Shown piece by piece: positions 16,541 to 26,262 of a stretch of 64,000 nt of DNA. The DNA is taken from the IMG/VR virus record IMGVR_UViG_3300025057_000006; one strand, given 5' to 3'. Made by a program: the position numbers and the translations under genes. Below the pieces are notes generated by a model, which saw only the letters and a list, made by a program, of their open reading frames with translations, did not search any database and had not been told where the DNA came from. Every line of letters begins with the position of its first letter. The first letter of the stretch is position 1. Source of the stretch: an uncultured virus (IMG/VR IMGVR_UViG_3300025057_000006) (taxonomy: Duplodnaviria > Heunggongvirae > Uroviricota > Caudoviricetes).

Positions 16541-18067
16541 GTGCCTTCTTATCTTTATCTTGCGCATCGCCGTAACGCCAAAGCGGCAGCACAAAACCAG
16601 CAGATTAAGAAGCCACGGAATTTAGAACTTCTTCAGAAGGCCAGAGAAGATTTTGCCTTCTTTTGTGAGTACGTCGCAGATAAACCTCCGGCAGAGCACC
16701 ATAGGGACTGGCATCGTCATTTTGTCACTAACGAAGACAGCTCATGCTTGATTAAAATTGCTGGGCCTAATATTGACCTGCTTGCCCCTCGTGGTTCAGC
16801 CAAGAGCACCGTACTGGGCCTTTTGACGGCATGGGCAATTGGCATCCATACCGCTGCCAAGCTTCCCCTGCAGATTCTTTATTTGTCCTACACCGTTGAT
16901 ATTGCACGTTCCAAGTCTGCAACCATCAAACGAATTATTGAAAGCAAACGATATCAAGAAGTCTTCCCTACAGTCCGTCTGCTGAAAAACGTTACTAGTA
17001 ATGAGTATTGGTCTATTGACCACAAGTTTGCAGGCATTGACACCACTGGTGAAGAACAATTCACACTCTGTGCTGCAGGTCTAAAAGGTTCGGTGACTTC
17101 CAAGCGTTCTCATCTGGTGATGATTGATGACGCCATCAAATCTGCTGCGGATATCGCCAACCCAGACATCCGCAAACAGATGCAAGAAAACTGGAACGCG
17201 GTGATTGCACCAACAATGTTTGAAGGTGCACGTGCTATCTGTCTTGGTACTCGCTTTAGGCATGATGACATTCACGCAACCACGTTTAATGAACAAAACA
17301 ACTGGACCCAAATTGTTTTGTCAGCAATCAGTTCAGATCCTAAAACCGGGGAAGAAATGTCTTATTGGCCAGAGATGTGGTCATTGGATTACTTAAAAGA
17401 AAAGAAAAGGCAAGCCCCTATTGCTTTCTCTTTCCAATACATGAATAAAATTATCAGGCAAAATGAGCTTTCTCTTGCGCCTGAGTTAATTGTTAAAGCA
17501 GAAATTTCGACGGAATTTGATACGCTTGGAATCGGCGTAGACCTTTCCGCTGGAACAAAAGAAAAGAATGATTACACGGTGTTCGTTCTTGGTGGCAGAA
17601 TCGAAGACAAAATCCATATCATTGATTATCGACGCATGCGTGTCATGGGTAATCTTGAAAAGCTAGATGCCCTCAAAGAATTAATGAACGATTGGTCTAT
17701 TATTGGCAAAGATGAAAATGGAAATTATTTTCCAACCTTTTCCACTTGTGATGTTTGGTCAGAAGCAGTTCAGTACCAGGCTTCTCTAGAAGCAGATTTC
17801 AAACGGATCTGTTTAAACAATGAAGGTCTTTATAACATTCTTTGGCATCCTGTAAAAGGTTTCCGTGCTGATAAACTTGCTCGTTTCCGTGGAATCATGG
17901 GAATGTTTGAGGATCGAAAAATTATTTTTAATCGTTACCGCAATTTCACAGCAATGTTTGAAGAGCTAACTAATTTTGGAGTAAGCGGCCACGACGATTG
18001 TGTAGACGCTCTAGTTTGGCTCGTAAATGGATTAATGAAAAAAAGTAATTTACAACTTGATTACTGA
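16541..18067 (+). CDS. terL: Terminase large subunit
   Basis: Walker A-like APRGSAKST, Walker B LVMIDD, coupling motif GTR, RNase H-like GVD and HDDCVDA. Confidence 0.93.
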   Translation: MPSYLYLAHRRNAKAAAQNQQIKKPRNLELLQKAREDFAFFCEYVADKPPAEHHRDWHRHFVTNEDSSCLIKIAGPNIDLLAPRGSAKSTVLGLLTAWAIGIHTAAKLPLQILYLSYTVDIARSKSATIKRIIESKRYQEVFPTVRLLKNVTSNEYWSIDHKFAGIDTTGEEQFTLCAAGLKGSVTSKRSHLVMIDDAIKSAADIANPDIRKQMQENWNAVIAPTMFEGARAICLGTRFRHDDIHATTFNEQNNWTQIVLSAISSDPKTGEEMSYWPEMWSLDYLKEKKRQAPIAFSFQYMNKIIRQNELSLAPELIVKAEISTEFDTLGIGVDLSAGTKEKNDYTVFVLGGRIEDKIHIIDYRRMRVMGNLEKLDALKELMNDWSIIGKDENGNYFPTFSTCDVWSEAVQYQASLEADFKRICLNNEGLYNILWHPVKGFRADKLARFRGIMGMFEDRKIIFNRYRNFTAMFEELTNFGVSGHDDCVDALVWLVNGLMKKSNLQLDY

Positions 18068-18096
18068 ATTTAGAATAAGAAAAAACGTTTATTCCA

Positions 18097-18390
18097 GTGG
18101 GACCAGAATTTTTTGCTATTGGCCTAACCGCTATAATCTCTGCAGTAACAGGCGGTTCTTGGGTGGCCAACAAAATTTTAGATCGACAACAAGAACGTAT
18201 TCAAAATGCGCTTAGTTATACAAGTTCTCAAAAACGTCGGATTGATATTCTGGAAGATCAAATTAATCGAATGCCAATGGAATATGTTTTGAAGGTTGAT
18301 TTCTTAAGAGAAATTCAAGAAATGCATGACAATTTTCGCGAAATCAACAATAAACTTGATAAGCTTATGGAAAAGCTTTTGTCAAAATGA
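18097..18390 (+). CDS. Membrane-anchored coiled-coil protein (holin-like?)
   Basis: N-terminal TM helix plus heptads ending KLDKLMEKL. Confidence 0.65.
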   Translation: MGPEFFAIGLTAIISAVTGGSWVANKILDRQQERIQNALSYTSSQKRRIDILEDQINRMPMEYVLKVDFLREIQEMHDNFREINNKLDKLMEKLLSK

Positions 18391-18572
18391 GCAGCTACAT
18401 TATCGAGATTGAAGAAGACGAAAACGGAGATCCTTTTATTACCCTACCAGATGAGGTCATTGAGGATCTTGGCTGGCAAGAAGGTGATATTTTGAATTGG
18501 GATGTGAAAGGCGAAGGCATTATTTTATCGAAAGTCCACGACCCTTCCGGGTATGAAGTAATAGAAGAGTAG
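18387..18572 (+). CDS. AbrB/MazE-fold small protein
   Basis: ITLPDEVIEDLGWQEGDILNW matches the SpoVT/AbrB pattern. Confidence 0.7.
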   Translation: MSSYIIEIEEDENGDPFITLPDEVIEDLGWQEGDILNWDVKGEGIILSKVHDPSGYEVIEE

Positions 18573-18598
18573 AATAAACAGATTGAAGTAGTCAAAAA

Positions 18599-19216
18599 AT
18601 GTTACGTTACGGCGGCGAATCTAACGTCCCTGGTGCGCCAGGTAATTTATTTGCAGGTAGCCCAAGTTTTCAAATTGGGCCTCGCAGTCCCTTCAAAGGG
18701 ATGTCACAGGAAGAATTAAACAAATTAAAAGAATGGGATAGTCGTCCCGGCGATCTACAAAAGTATTACGAGCAGCAAAATCAGCCGGGACCACGTTTGC
18801 CGTTTGCTAATCTCCCTGGCGCCGTTGGCAACATGGGCAGCTTAGTTGCACAAGCTCAAACCCCTGGGGGAGCGCTGGGAGCCAGTGCACTTGGAGGAGG
18901 CGTCGGTATGAATATGGAGCAGATGCAGCGCCAAATGCAGGAAATGCAACAACAAGGTGGACCTCCCATTAGGTTTGGCGTCGATATTGAAAATGAAAAA
19001 GTAAAAAATTTACGTGGTTCTGTTAACGCCAATTTAGACGCAAATCAAGCCATTCGTTTTGGTGGCAATTACAACGTTCAAGATCAAAGCGGTCAGCTTG
19101 GCTTGGGGTATCAAACTCCAACCTTTGGTTTTGATGTAAACATCATGCGTACCCCTGGTCTACCCAATGCAGTTCCTGGATATGGAGTACAAGGGAACGT
19201 GATGACTCGTTTCTAA
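18599..19216 (+). CDS. Hypothetical protein with C-terminal amphipathic beta strands
   Basis: ORF track 205 aa; ends ...GYGVQGNVMTRF. Confidence 0.75.
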   Translation: MLRYGGESNVPGAPGNLFAGSPSFQIGPRSPFKGMSQEELNKLKEWDSRPGDLQKYYEQQNQPGPRLPFANLPGAVGNMGSLVAQAQTPGGALGASALGGGVGMNMEQMQRQMQEMQQQGGPPIRFGVDIENEKVKNLRGSVNANLDANQAIRFGGNYNVQDQSGQLGLGYQTPTFGFDVNIMRTPGLPNAVPGYGVQGNVMTRF

Positions 19217-19250
19217 ATCTGTTATCATAAAAATAAAAGAGAGATAACTC

Positions 19251-21566
19251 ATGTCAATGGATGCAAAACTTCGTCTCAAGGAGATGATTGATTCCTATCT
19301 TGAAAAAGATGGGTCGATGACTGTTGATACGGGCATCATTGCATCACACATTGCACAGATGAAACTCTTTGGCATCCGCCAGGGAGTTGAATTTTTTCCA
19401 TCACAAGATAACTTTGGTAGCCAAAGGAAAGACTTTATTGATCGTGTTCTCAAGTACAACAAATTAGACACAAGACTCGATTCCATTTGGGAATATTTTC
19501 TTTGTGATGGAAAAGGTCTTTTCTACATTCGTCCAACTAAATTCAGTTACCGCCTATATTATTTCCGTTCTCACGAATATCGTTCTTTTTACAACGTAGA
19601 CGGCGAGCTTGATGAAGTCGTAATTATTTACAGCTACAAAGTTCGCAAGGGTTTTGGCGCCACAGATGGAATCAATCTCGCCACGCTTGGGCCAGGGGGT
19701 GCTGCATTTGAACAAGGAGCAAAGCGTTATATTCGTTTGTCAATCAAATCGGATGTGATTGAAGAGACTCACTCTGAAGGCGAGCTTTCTTTTGAAACAA
19801 CAAACTATTCGGCATTGGGTCGTACAAAGACATTCAAAAATACTTTAGGTTTTATTCCATGCGTTGAGATCTTTAACAATCCCAAGGGTTTCTCCAACGA
19901 GGGTGTTGGTGAATTTGACTCATTAGCTAATCACATCGTTATTCATGACGAGATGATCCGCACTATGCGAAAGAACGTTCAGTTCTTTGGTAATCCAACC
20001 CTTCTTTCGTCTAGGCCAAAGAGTGATTTGATGGAGGCGGGCGGCGATACCGCTGTACAACGTCCATCAATTGCTGCCAACTCAGGTTTTACTGGTCTTG
20101 GAGCATTAAGTCAATCACGGTTTAAAGCAGATCCAATCATGCGCGGAGTTGATGGTCAGCTCCGTGTTCCACGGATCATTGCAAACCTGGAGCCCAATGA
20201 CCGAGTTGGTTACATCGTTCCCGATGCTATCACCGGCGACCAAAATGCATTTGCTCGTCAGTACAGAGAAGAGATTCGTACATCACTTGGCGGTGTTGAT
20301 GAGCTTTCCATTTCTGCTGGTGTAACGGCAACAGAATACAAATCCTTGTTTGGACGTGTTTCTGCAACTTCCAAGAAAAAAGCAAATGCGATTTATACAC
20401 ATGGTATTTGTCGTTGTCTCGAACTAATTATTTATCAAGAAGAACAGCTTTTTAAAGATAGTCTCGCTCAGGCTGCACGTATTGAAAAACCAATTTCTCC
20501 TTCTCGTGAAGCACAAGAGGAAGAGGTTGCTGCTTATGAAGAAGCTTTAAAGCAATACAATGCACAGATCAAACAACTTATGGTTGCTTGTGTGGAGGCA
20601 CAACAAATACCTCCAGGTGTACAAGGTTTAATTCCAGATGGTGATGTCACCATGCTTTGGAGATGGCTGGGACCTGTATACGAAGATTCCACACAAGATA
20701 TTTTGAATAACTCTATTGTTGTTCGAAATCTCCAGGAATTAGGTGTTGATAGCATTGAAGCACTGAAATACCTCTTTCCGTCTAAGACGGATGAGGAGCG
20801 GGCCGAGATGTTATCTGGGTTCCCGTTCAGGATGGTGAACGAATTGCAGGGTGCTTACTCTGCATTCGCAAAACTAGTGGGGGGCATGATGCAGACTCCT
20901 CACCCGCAAGCTCCGGATCTTCCGATGGCTGCGGATCCAAGATTGGATTTAACGCCATATCTGTATCGAACTTTAGAAGCCTTACAAAAGGAGATGAGTT
21001 ATGCAGGACGCTACCGTCCAATCGATCCCACAGACGAGCCCCGCACAACCGGCGGTGGCTCCGAGCAGCTACGTGGCACCAGCGGCAAGCAATTACCAAG
21101 CAGCTCCGGTGGCGTACCAAGCAGCACAGCAGGGGTACCAGGCAGCGACGCCTCAGCCGAATATCAGTTACCAATCCGCCCCTACTCAGTACGCCCCCCA
21201 ATCCCAATCGGAGGCAACCAACAGCAATCCATGGGAATCGGCGTTCAACAAGGTGGTGAACCTGCTGAGCGCACCAGTTCAATCCCCGTTCCAGGGTCAA
21301 CCGTCAGCTCCGACGACAGCGTATACCCCGGCGAATTACGGACTTCCCAGCGCCCAGCCTACGCCGAACTCGGCAGCGCAGACTTGGTCAACCAACCAGG
21401 CCTCATCGCCCAGCTCTTCCCAAACTTCCTCGAATCCCTCCTTGGAGCAAATCGCGGATTACCTGGGTCTGAGCCAGGAAAGCCGTCAGGTGATCGACGC
21501 GTTCGGGGTGGAGGCTCCAGCCCTTCTAAACCAGTACGCACTAAACCTGGAAGGAATGCTGGATAG
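19251..21566 (+). CDS. Probable portal protein with a long low-complexity C-terminal extension
   Basis: Position between terL and scaffold/MCP; size; NTLGFIPCVEIFNNP...GVGEF is portal-like. Confidence 0.75.
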   Translation: MSMDAKLRLKEMIDSYLEKDGSMTVDTGIIASHIAQMKLFGIRQGVEFFPSQDNFGSQRKDFIDRVLKYNKLDTRLDSIWEYFLCDGKGLFYIRPTKFSYRLYYFRSHEYRSFYNVDGELDEVVIIYSYKVRKGFGATDGINLATLGPGGAAFEQGAKRYIRLSIKSDVIEETHSEGELSFETTNYSALGRTKTFKNTLGFIPCVEIFNNPKGFSNEGVGEFDSLANHIVIHDEMIRTMRKNVQFFGNPTLLSSRPKSDLMEAGGDTAVQRPSIAANSGFTGLGALSQSRFKADPIMRGVDGQLRVPRIIANLEPNDRVGYIVPDAITGDQNAFARQYREEIRTSLGGVDELSISAGVTATEYKSLFGRVSATSKKKANAIYTHGICRCLELIIYQEEQLFKDSLAQAARIEKPISPSREAQEEEVAAYEEALKQYNAQIKQLMVACVEAQQIPPGVQGLIPDGDVTMLWRWLGPVYEDSTQDILNNSIVVRNLQELGVDSIEALKYLFPSKTDEERAEMLSGFPFRMVNELQGAYSAFAKLVGGMMQTPHPQAPDLPMAADPRLDLTPYLYRTLEALQKEMSYAGRYRPIDPTDEPRTTGGGSEQLRGTSGKQLPSSSGGVPSSTAGVPGSDASAEYQLPIRPYSVRPPIPIGGNQQQSMGIGVQQGGEPAERTSSIPVPGSTVSSDDSVYPGELRTSQRPAYAELGSADLVNQPGLIAQLFPNFLESLLGANRGLPGSEPGKPSGDRRVRGGGSSPSKPVRTKPGRNAG

Positions 21567-21957
21567 TGCTGTTGCCTGGGGCCACCAAGCACAGAACTTA
21601 ATCCAAAATTATGCTGAGTTTGCGGTTACTGAGCATACCGAAAATCTTGCTTACAACGAGATTTTGACCAATCCAGACGTTCTGAGTGATTACACTCTGA
21701 AGTTCTTTGGTCCAGAAGGTCCATACCCTGTTTACGAAAACGAGGCTCAGCTTGAGACCCGTGGTTATCCAACCGCACCTGCTCAAGCTGCTTATGGCGA
21801 TTTTCCTGCTCCTCCCGCAGCTTCTGCTCCCCAACAGCCTGAAAACTTCTGGGGCAGCTTCAAGCAGCAAATGGATGTAGACCCCGCTCAAGCTTGGCGT
21901 CTTCTGAACCAAGCTCAGCCTCAAGTTGTCGCAAACAAACTGTTTGTGATGGAGTGA
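21001..21957 (+). CDS. Probable capsid scaffolding protein
   Basis: AAGGAG SD before ATG; Pro/Gln/Ala-rich N-half and helical C-half; upstream of MCP. Confidence 0.7.
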   Translation: MQDATVQSIPQTSPAQPAVAPSSYVAPAASNYQAAPVAYQAAQQGYQAATPQPNISYQSAPTQYAPQSQSEATNSNPWESAFNKVVNLLSAPVQSPFQGQPSAPTTAYTPANYGLPSAQPTPNSAAQTWSTNQASSPSSSQTSSNPSLEQIADYLGLSQESRQVIDAFGVEAPALLNQYALNLEGMLDSAVAWGHQAQNLIQNYAEFAVTEHTENLAYNEILTNPDVLSDYTLKFFGPEGPYPVYENEAQLETRGYPTAPAQAAYGDFPAPPAASAPQQPENFWGSFKQQMDVDPAQAWRLLNQAQPQVVANKLFVME

Positions 21958-21961
21958 TGCC

Positions 21962-22510
21962 ATGCGTGGCACTCTTAAATACGGTGTACCTATCGCCGCC
22001 GGTTTAGGCGTTGGTGGGTACGCCCTTTCTCAAGGTGAAGATCCAGGCTCTGCCGCACTTGCTGCTGCAGCTGGTGGCCTTGGTGGTGCTGCTGGCCTAC
22101 TTGGTGCGCGGGCTCTTGCCGGTAAATATGCCCCAAGTCTTTTAAAAGCATCCAAAGAAGGCAAAGTTGCTGCAGAGAAATCTTTATTAGAATCCGCAAT
22201 CAGAATGCCTGAAGGGTCTAAACGACAAAATGCCATTCTTGGTTTAATCGATAGATCCGTAGGTATTCCTATTCCTTCGGAGCAGCAATTTACCAGGGGT
22301 CTTGGTAAGGCTGCCGCTGCTGGTTTAGTACCTGCCGCTGCACTTACCGCTGGTCTCGGTGGCGTAGCACTTGGCGCTATCCCTGGTTCTATGGGTGTTC
22401 CAGGTTTCCAACAAGGTATGTCTATCGATCCAGAATCCCCTGGATCTAGTAATACAGCAAACGCCAAATACGGTGTAAGTCCGTATGCAACAACGATGCA
22501 GTATAGGTAA
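21962..22510 (+). CDS. Gly/Ala-rich hydrophobic hypothetical protein
   Basis: ORF track 182 aa; GGAG SD. Confidence 0.75.
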   Translation: MRGTLKYGVPIAAGLGVGGYALSQGEDPGSAALAAAAGGLGGAAGLLGARALAGKYAPSLLKASKEGKVAAEKSLLESAIRMPEGSKRQNAILGLIDRSVGIPIPSEQQFTRGLGKAAAAGLVPAAALTAGLGGVALGAIPGSMGVPGFQQGMSIDPESPGSSNTANAKYGVSPYATTMQYR

Positions 22511-22621
22511 TTAATAAATAAATTACCAACTGCTAAAATTTGTGTTAGATAAGACATAATAATGTCTGAATCTTTCACCCGATAAAAAAACACTTCCTGC
22601 GACACTGGAGGATAAAACAAA

Positions 22622-23785
22622 GTGTTCATTGATAACGACTTTCCCAAAATTTTAGGTGCGGAACTTTACCGTCCCCACCCTGCTTACATTGCCGAAATGG
22701 CGGTGGAGCCTGTGGTCGTCCACGACTTCACCCGTCAACCTGGTCAAACCGTTCAGCTTGATCGCTACAAGTTCTGGGGAACTCCTGGTACCAAGGACAG
22801 CCGTGAGCGTATTGCTGACCAAACAATCGGTACCGCCAACAGCCGCAACATCACCAAGGAAAAAGTGCTTGTTGTGCTGAAAGAGTACACTGGTCCCGCA
22901 GATCCGGGCGATCCTACTCAGCCTTCGACCTTCAAGATTGCTCGTGAAACTCTGATTACCGCCCAGCGCCTGCTGCTGGACACCGGTAACCTCAACATGT
23001 TCCACCAGTCCATCGGTAGCCTGACGCTGCTTGATGACTATCGTCGTTGGCGCGATCGCGTGTTCATTGATGAACTCGCCAAAGCCGAAGCCAATGGTGC
23101 CGCTTCCAGCACCCAAGGTGGTTACTACTTCCCTGGCGGTAAGACCAAGGATTCTTCCGGTCGTATTGCTTACACCACTGCCGAGTATGCCGCTCAAGTG
23201 CAGCAGTTCCAAGTGCGCACTGACCTCCTGGAAGTGGTGAAGGATCTGCGTAAGCGCAACGTTCCCACCTTTGCTGATGGTCTGTATCGTTGCATCTGCG
23301 ATCCCACCTTCATGATGCACCTGCGTCGTGATCCTGACTTCCGTGAGATCGCTCGTTACGCTGGTAGCCCTGGCCAAGGCATGTACATGGGTAATCCCAT
23401 GATGCCTAACAACGCCAGCTTCTTCATGGGTCCACAAGCTGGTCAAGGTTACTTCCTGGCCGGTGAGCCCGTGATGCCTACTGGCGTCCAGTTTGAAGGT
23501 GTCAAGTTCTTCGAGTCGACTAACTTCCCGACCAAGAACATTAGCGCAAGCTTCACTGATTCTCCTTCTTACAGCAGCCAAGAAGTTGCACAAGGTTACT
23601 TCTTTGGTCCTCAATCGATTGGTGTTGGTATCGGCGGCCCGAACGCTCAGGTGCTGATCAACAACAACGATGACTTCAGCCGTTTCATCATCTTGATCTG
23701 GCAACTGTATGCTGGCTTCGAGATCCTGAACAAGGACTTCGTGACCACTGCATTCAGCTTCCTGTCTGACGACGGCAGCATCTGA
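22622..23785 (+). CDS. Major capsid protein (N4-gp56-like, HK97 fold)
   Basis: GGAGG SD; strong codon bias; size; G-x-F-E-G-V-x-F-x-E-S motif; position. Confidence 0.85.
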   Translation: MFIDNDFPKILGAELYRPHPAYIAEMAVEPVVVHDFTRQPGQTVQLDRYKFWGTPGTKDSRERIADQTIGTANSRNITKEKVLVVLKEYTGPADPGDPTQPSTFKIARETLITAQRLLLDTGNLNMFHQSIGSLTLLDDYRRWRDRVFIDELAKAEANGAASSTQGGYYFPGGKTKDSSGRIAYTTAEYAAQVQQFQVRTDLLEVVKDLRKRNVPTFADGLYRCICDPTFMMHLRRDPDFREIARYAGSPGQGMYMGNPMMPNNASFFMGPQAGQGYFLAGEPVMPTGVQFEGVKFFESTNFPTKNISASFTDSPSYSSQEVAQGYFFGPQSIGVGIGGPNAQVLINNNDDFSRFIILIWQLYAGFEILNKDFVTTAFSFLSDDGSI

Positions 23786-23818
23786 TAACTTTTAGTTCTA
23801 AAACAACGGGAAAAATAA

Positions 23819-24616
23819 ATGTCCTATTTATCTTCGAAAAAAATCTATCCAGGTAACTGGGTAGAAGCACTGAACGGTTGGTACAGGAACATTGATACCA
23901 CCGATGATGGTTCTAATAACGCTTCCAAGGGCGGCCCTACTTCTGTTCTGGCTGTTCCTGGCTATCGTTATTTCCAACAGCGCGGCTATGTGGCGGTGAC
24001 CCAGACCTCTGGTGCACCACTGGTGACCGGCACCGTGATCGTTCCCTCCCCTTACCGCCAAGACGATACTCGCCCTGATATCACCGGCATGGTGATCTCT
24101 GGTGCAGCTGATCGTCCTGTATATGTGTATCGCACTGCCGTTTCCGTTGGTTCTGGCTGGGGCGATGGCCGCGCCGCTTCTGGCGTATACGCTGCGACTG
24201 GTAACGTGATCTCCTTTGGTCGCGACTCCAGTGGTCCTACCGCTGCATCTGGCGTAGGCGAAGCTATTGTTCAGGCCAACCTGACCTCTACTACTTCTGG
24301 CGACGCAGCCACCAAGATTTTCTTCGCTGGTGGTAGCCAAGGCTTTGGTAGCAATGCATTCCTGACTGCCACTGGTGCAGCCGGTGTGTCTGGTAGTGTA
24401 CTGCATTACACCAGCACTGGTGCCGTCACCATGAAGGTGTTTGCCAAGGGTGCCGCAAACGATACCAGCACCTCTGGCGGTATTTACATCTCTGATGCAG
24501 ATTCCTCTGCAGGCCTGACCGGCTACCTGTTTGTTGAGGTTTGCTACATCCAGCCTGATGAAGCTCCGGCTTATGAGGACATGGATGAGTATCTTCCTGC
24601 TCGCACTGTCAGCTGA
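23819..24616 (+). CDS. Probable capsid decoration/minor structural protein
   Basis: Directly after MCP, similar codon bias, Gly/Ser/Thr beta-rich. Confidence 0.65.
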   Translation: MSYLSSKKIYPGNWVEALNGWYRNIDTTDDGSNNASKGGPTSVLAVPGYRYFQQRGYVAVTQTSGAPLVTGTVIVPSPYRQDDTRPDITGMVISGAADRPVYVYRTAVSVGSGWGDGRAASGVYAATGNVISFGRDSSGPTAASGVGEAIVQANLTSTTSGDAATKIFFAGGSQGFGSNAFLTATGAAGVSGSVLHYTSTGAVTMKVFAKGAANDTSTSGGIYISDADSSAGLTGYLFVEVCYIQPDEAPAYEDMDEYLPARTVS

Positions 24617-24655
24617 ATAATGTAAACTAAGACCAGGTATTTAAATCTGGTCTTT

Positions 24656-25066
24656 ATGCTTTATCAGCACAAAAAAACAGGAGCCCGAGTCAAGGTTGTA
24701 AGCGAATGGGATAACGGCGATTGGTTTATGGTCGAAGATCAGGACGGTCGCCTTTATACCGCTTATAAAACCGAAATCACGCCCGACGAAGATGCCACCA
24801 AAAAGGTGAAGACTCTTCAAGTTAAAGACAAAGCTGCGCAGGAAGAGCCACGTACTTTTCCACCAGATAACCGGTTGAATCTCAACGGCGCTACTGCGCA
24901 GATGATCGCTGATCATATCAAGGGTATCGGTTTGAAGACAGCGCGGGAGATAAAAGATCTTCAGATGTCACTATCGGGTGAAAGATTTAATAATCTTGAG
25001 CAGCTGCGACAAATCAAAAGAGTTGATTGGGATGCTGTGTTTGCAGCAGACTTAATCCGTGTTTAA
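24656..25066 (+). CDS. Helix-hairpin-helix (ComEA-like) domain protein
   Basis: LNLNGATAQMIADHIKGIGLKTAREI...FNNLEQLRQIK. Confidence 0.75.
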   Translation: MLYQHKKTGARVKVVSEWDNGDWFMVEDQDGRLYTAYKTEITPDEDATKKVKTLQVKDKAAQEEPRTFPPDNRLNLNGATAQMIADHIKGIGLKTAREIKDLQMSLSGERFNNLEQLRQIKRVDWDAVFAADLIRV

Positions 25067-25086
25067 TTAGGCTTCTATCATTAATG

Positions 25087-25110
25087 CCCCTGGGAGACCA
25101 GGGGTTTTTT
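25087..25110 (+). terminator. Intrinsic terminator
   Basis: CCCCTGG-GAGA-CCAGGGG followed by T6. Confidence 0.8.
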
Positions 25111-25137
25111 CGTTTTACAATAAAAATAAAACATAAG

Positions 25138-25761
25138 ATGGCTGAAAGATCTATTGTTGACATAGGTAAATACCTAAAGAAGTTTGGTTTAGATATTGGT
25201 GAAAATCCTGCATTCGGCGGTGTTGGAGGTGGGCACTCTCCTACTGGATACCATCCAAAAGGTCTGGCTATTGACGTAAGAGATTGGCGTCCTGACGTTG
25301 CACCGGCATATGCAGGAGGCAAACCCATTCCCTGGAAGCAACGCACGGGTGAACTGAGTTGGCGTGCAAAACAATTAGGTGTATTTAACGAAGCCCTGGG
25401 ACCAGGCGATAAAGGACATGACACGCATGTGCATTTAGCGCTTGAAGGCAAAAAGTATTTAACGGACCAACAGCTTGAGTGGTTGGCTACCGGACGATAT
25501 AAAACACCGGAAGGCAAATTGACAGATGTCATGCCAGGGGCGCCAACTGTATCATCTGAAAACCCTGGTTCTGTTAATGAACAAAATGCAAACGCAACTT
25601 TATTTGGCGCTTTGCTTAATGCAATGCAACCTAGGCAAAAAACAGTTCAAGAACAATTAAAAGAATCTTTACTTGCCAGTGCGATGTCGCCCAGGCGTTC
25701 ATCTTCTCCTTTGATGCAGGCCATGTACTCTGGCCCGATGGATGAAATTATCTACGGATAA
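25138..25761 (+). CDS. Virion-associated Zn peptidase (M15/LAS-like)
   Basis: H-x6-D (HPKGLAID) and HxH (HVH) motifs; start moved to ATG 25138. Confidence 0.7.
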   Translation: MAERSIVDIGKYLKKFGLDIGENPAFGGVGGGHSPTGYHPKGLAIDVRDWRPDVAPAYAGGKPIPWKQRTGELSWRAKQLGVFNEALGPGDKGHDTHVHLALEGKKYLTDQQLEWLATGRYKTPEGKLTDVMPGAPTVSSENPGSVNEQNANATLFGALLNAMQPRQKTVQEQLKESLLASAMSPRRSSSPLMQAMYSGPMDEIIYG

Positions 25762-25798
25762 CTAGCGTTTATAATTGATAACATAACGGAAATAGACT

Positions 25799-26260
25799 GT
25801 GCAGCTGTCTGATTTTGACAAAAGCAGGGTCCGGTATCACCTGGGCTACTTCACGGTTTCCGTGCCAGCGGGCGACTATGCTCGCTTGGAAGAGGCCATG
25901 AATACGGTCCCAGATTCGTATTTTTACGATAAGATCATTATTCAGATTGGTCGCTGTGATACTGCTGAGAAGAAGACAGAGGTTGCGACTTCTCCTTCCA
26001 CTCGCCTTGAGAGTATTGCTGGTGATGTGGATCGTACGATTCGCTCTAGCAACGCTAAGGAGGCGCTTAAGGTCTGGGATGAGATTTATCTCTATGAGAC
26101 CAACCGTTTAGCCGGTATCCTTTACGTTCCAAACTACAAGGATCCGTTCCAGGCTCGTTACCGTTACGAACGCTCTGGTGCCGAATTCATCCAGGCATTA
26201 CCTGGTCCCGCCGACACAGCTGTTGGTTCTCGTCTTTATTTACATGAGGTTTGGAGGTAG
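25799..26260 (+). CDS. Probable head-tail adaptor/neck protein
   Basis: Helical 153 aa; RVRYHLG N-terminal pattern; position after the capsid genes. Confidence 0.5.
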   Translation: MQLSDFDKSRVRYHLGYFTVSVPAGDYARLEEAMNTVPDSYFYDKIIIQIGRCDTAEKKTEVATSPSTRLESIAGDVDRTIRSSNAKEALKVWDEIYLYETNRLAGILYVPNYKDPFQARYRYERSGAEFIQALPGPADTAVGSRLYLHEVWR

Positions 26261-26262
26261 TT

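Noticed and set aside
18387..18572. MazEF-type toxin-antitoxin module
   Set aside because: AbrB-fold gene has no recognisable adjacent toxin
22652..23704. 350-aa antisense ORF opposite the major capsid gene
   Set aside because: Shadow ORF expected from the strong codon bias of MCP; no protein motifs or expression signals
24656..25066. psbU photosystem II gene
   Set aside because: Only the generic HhH fold is shared; no lumenal targeting peptide
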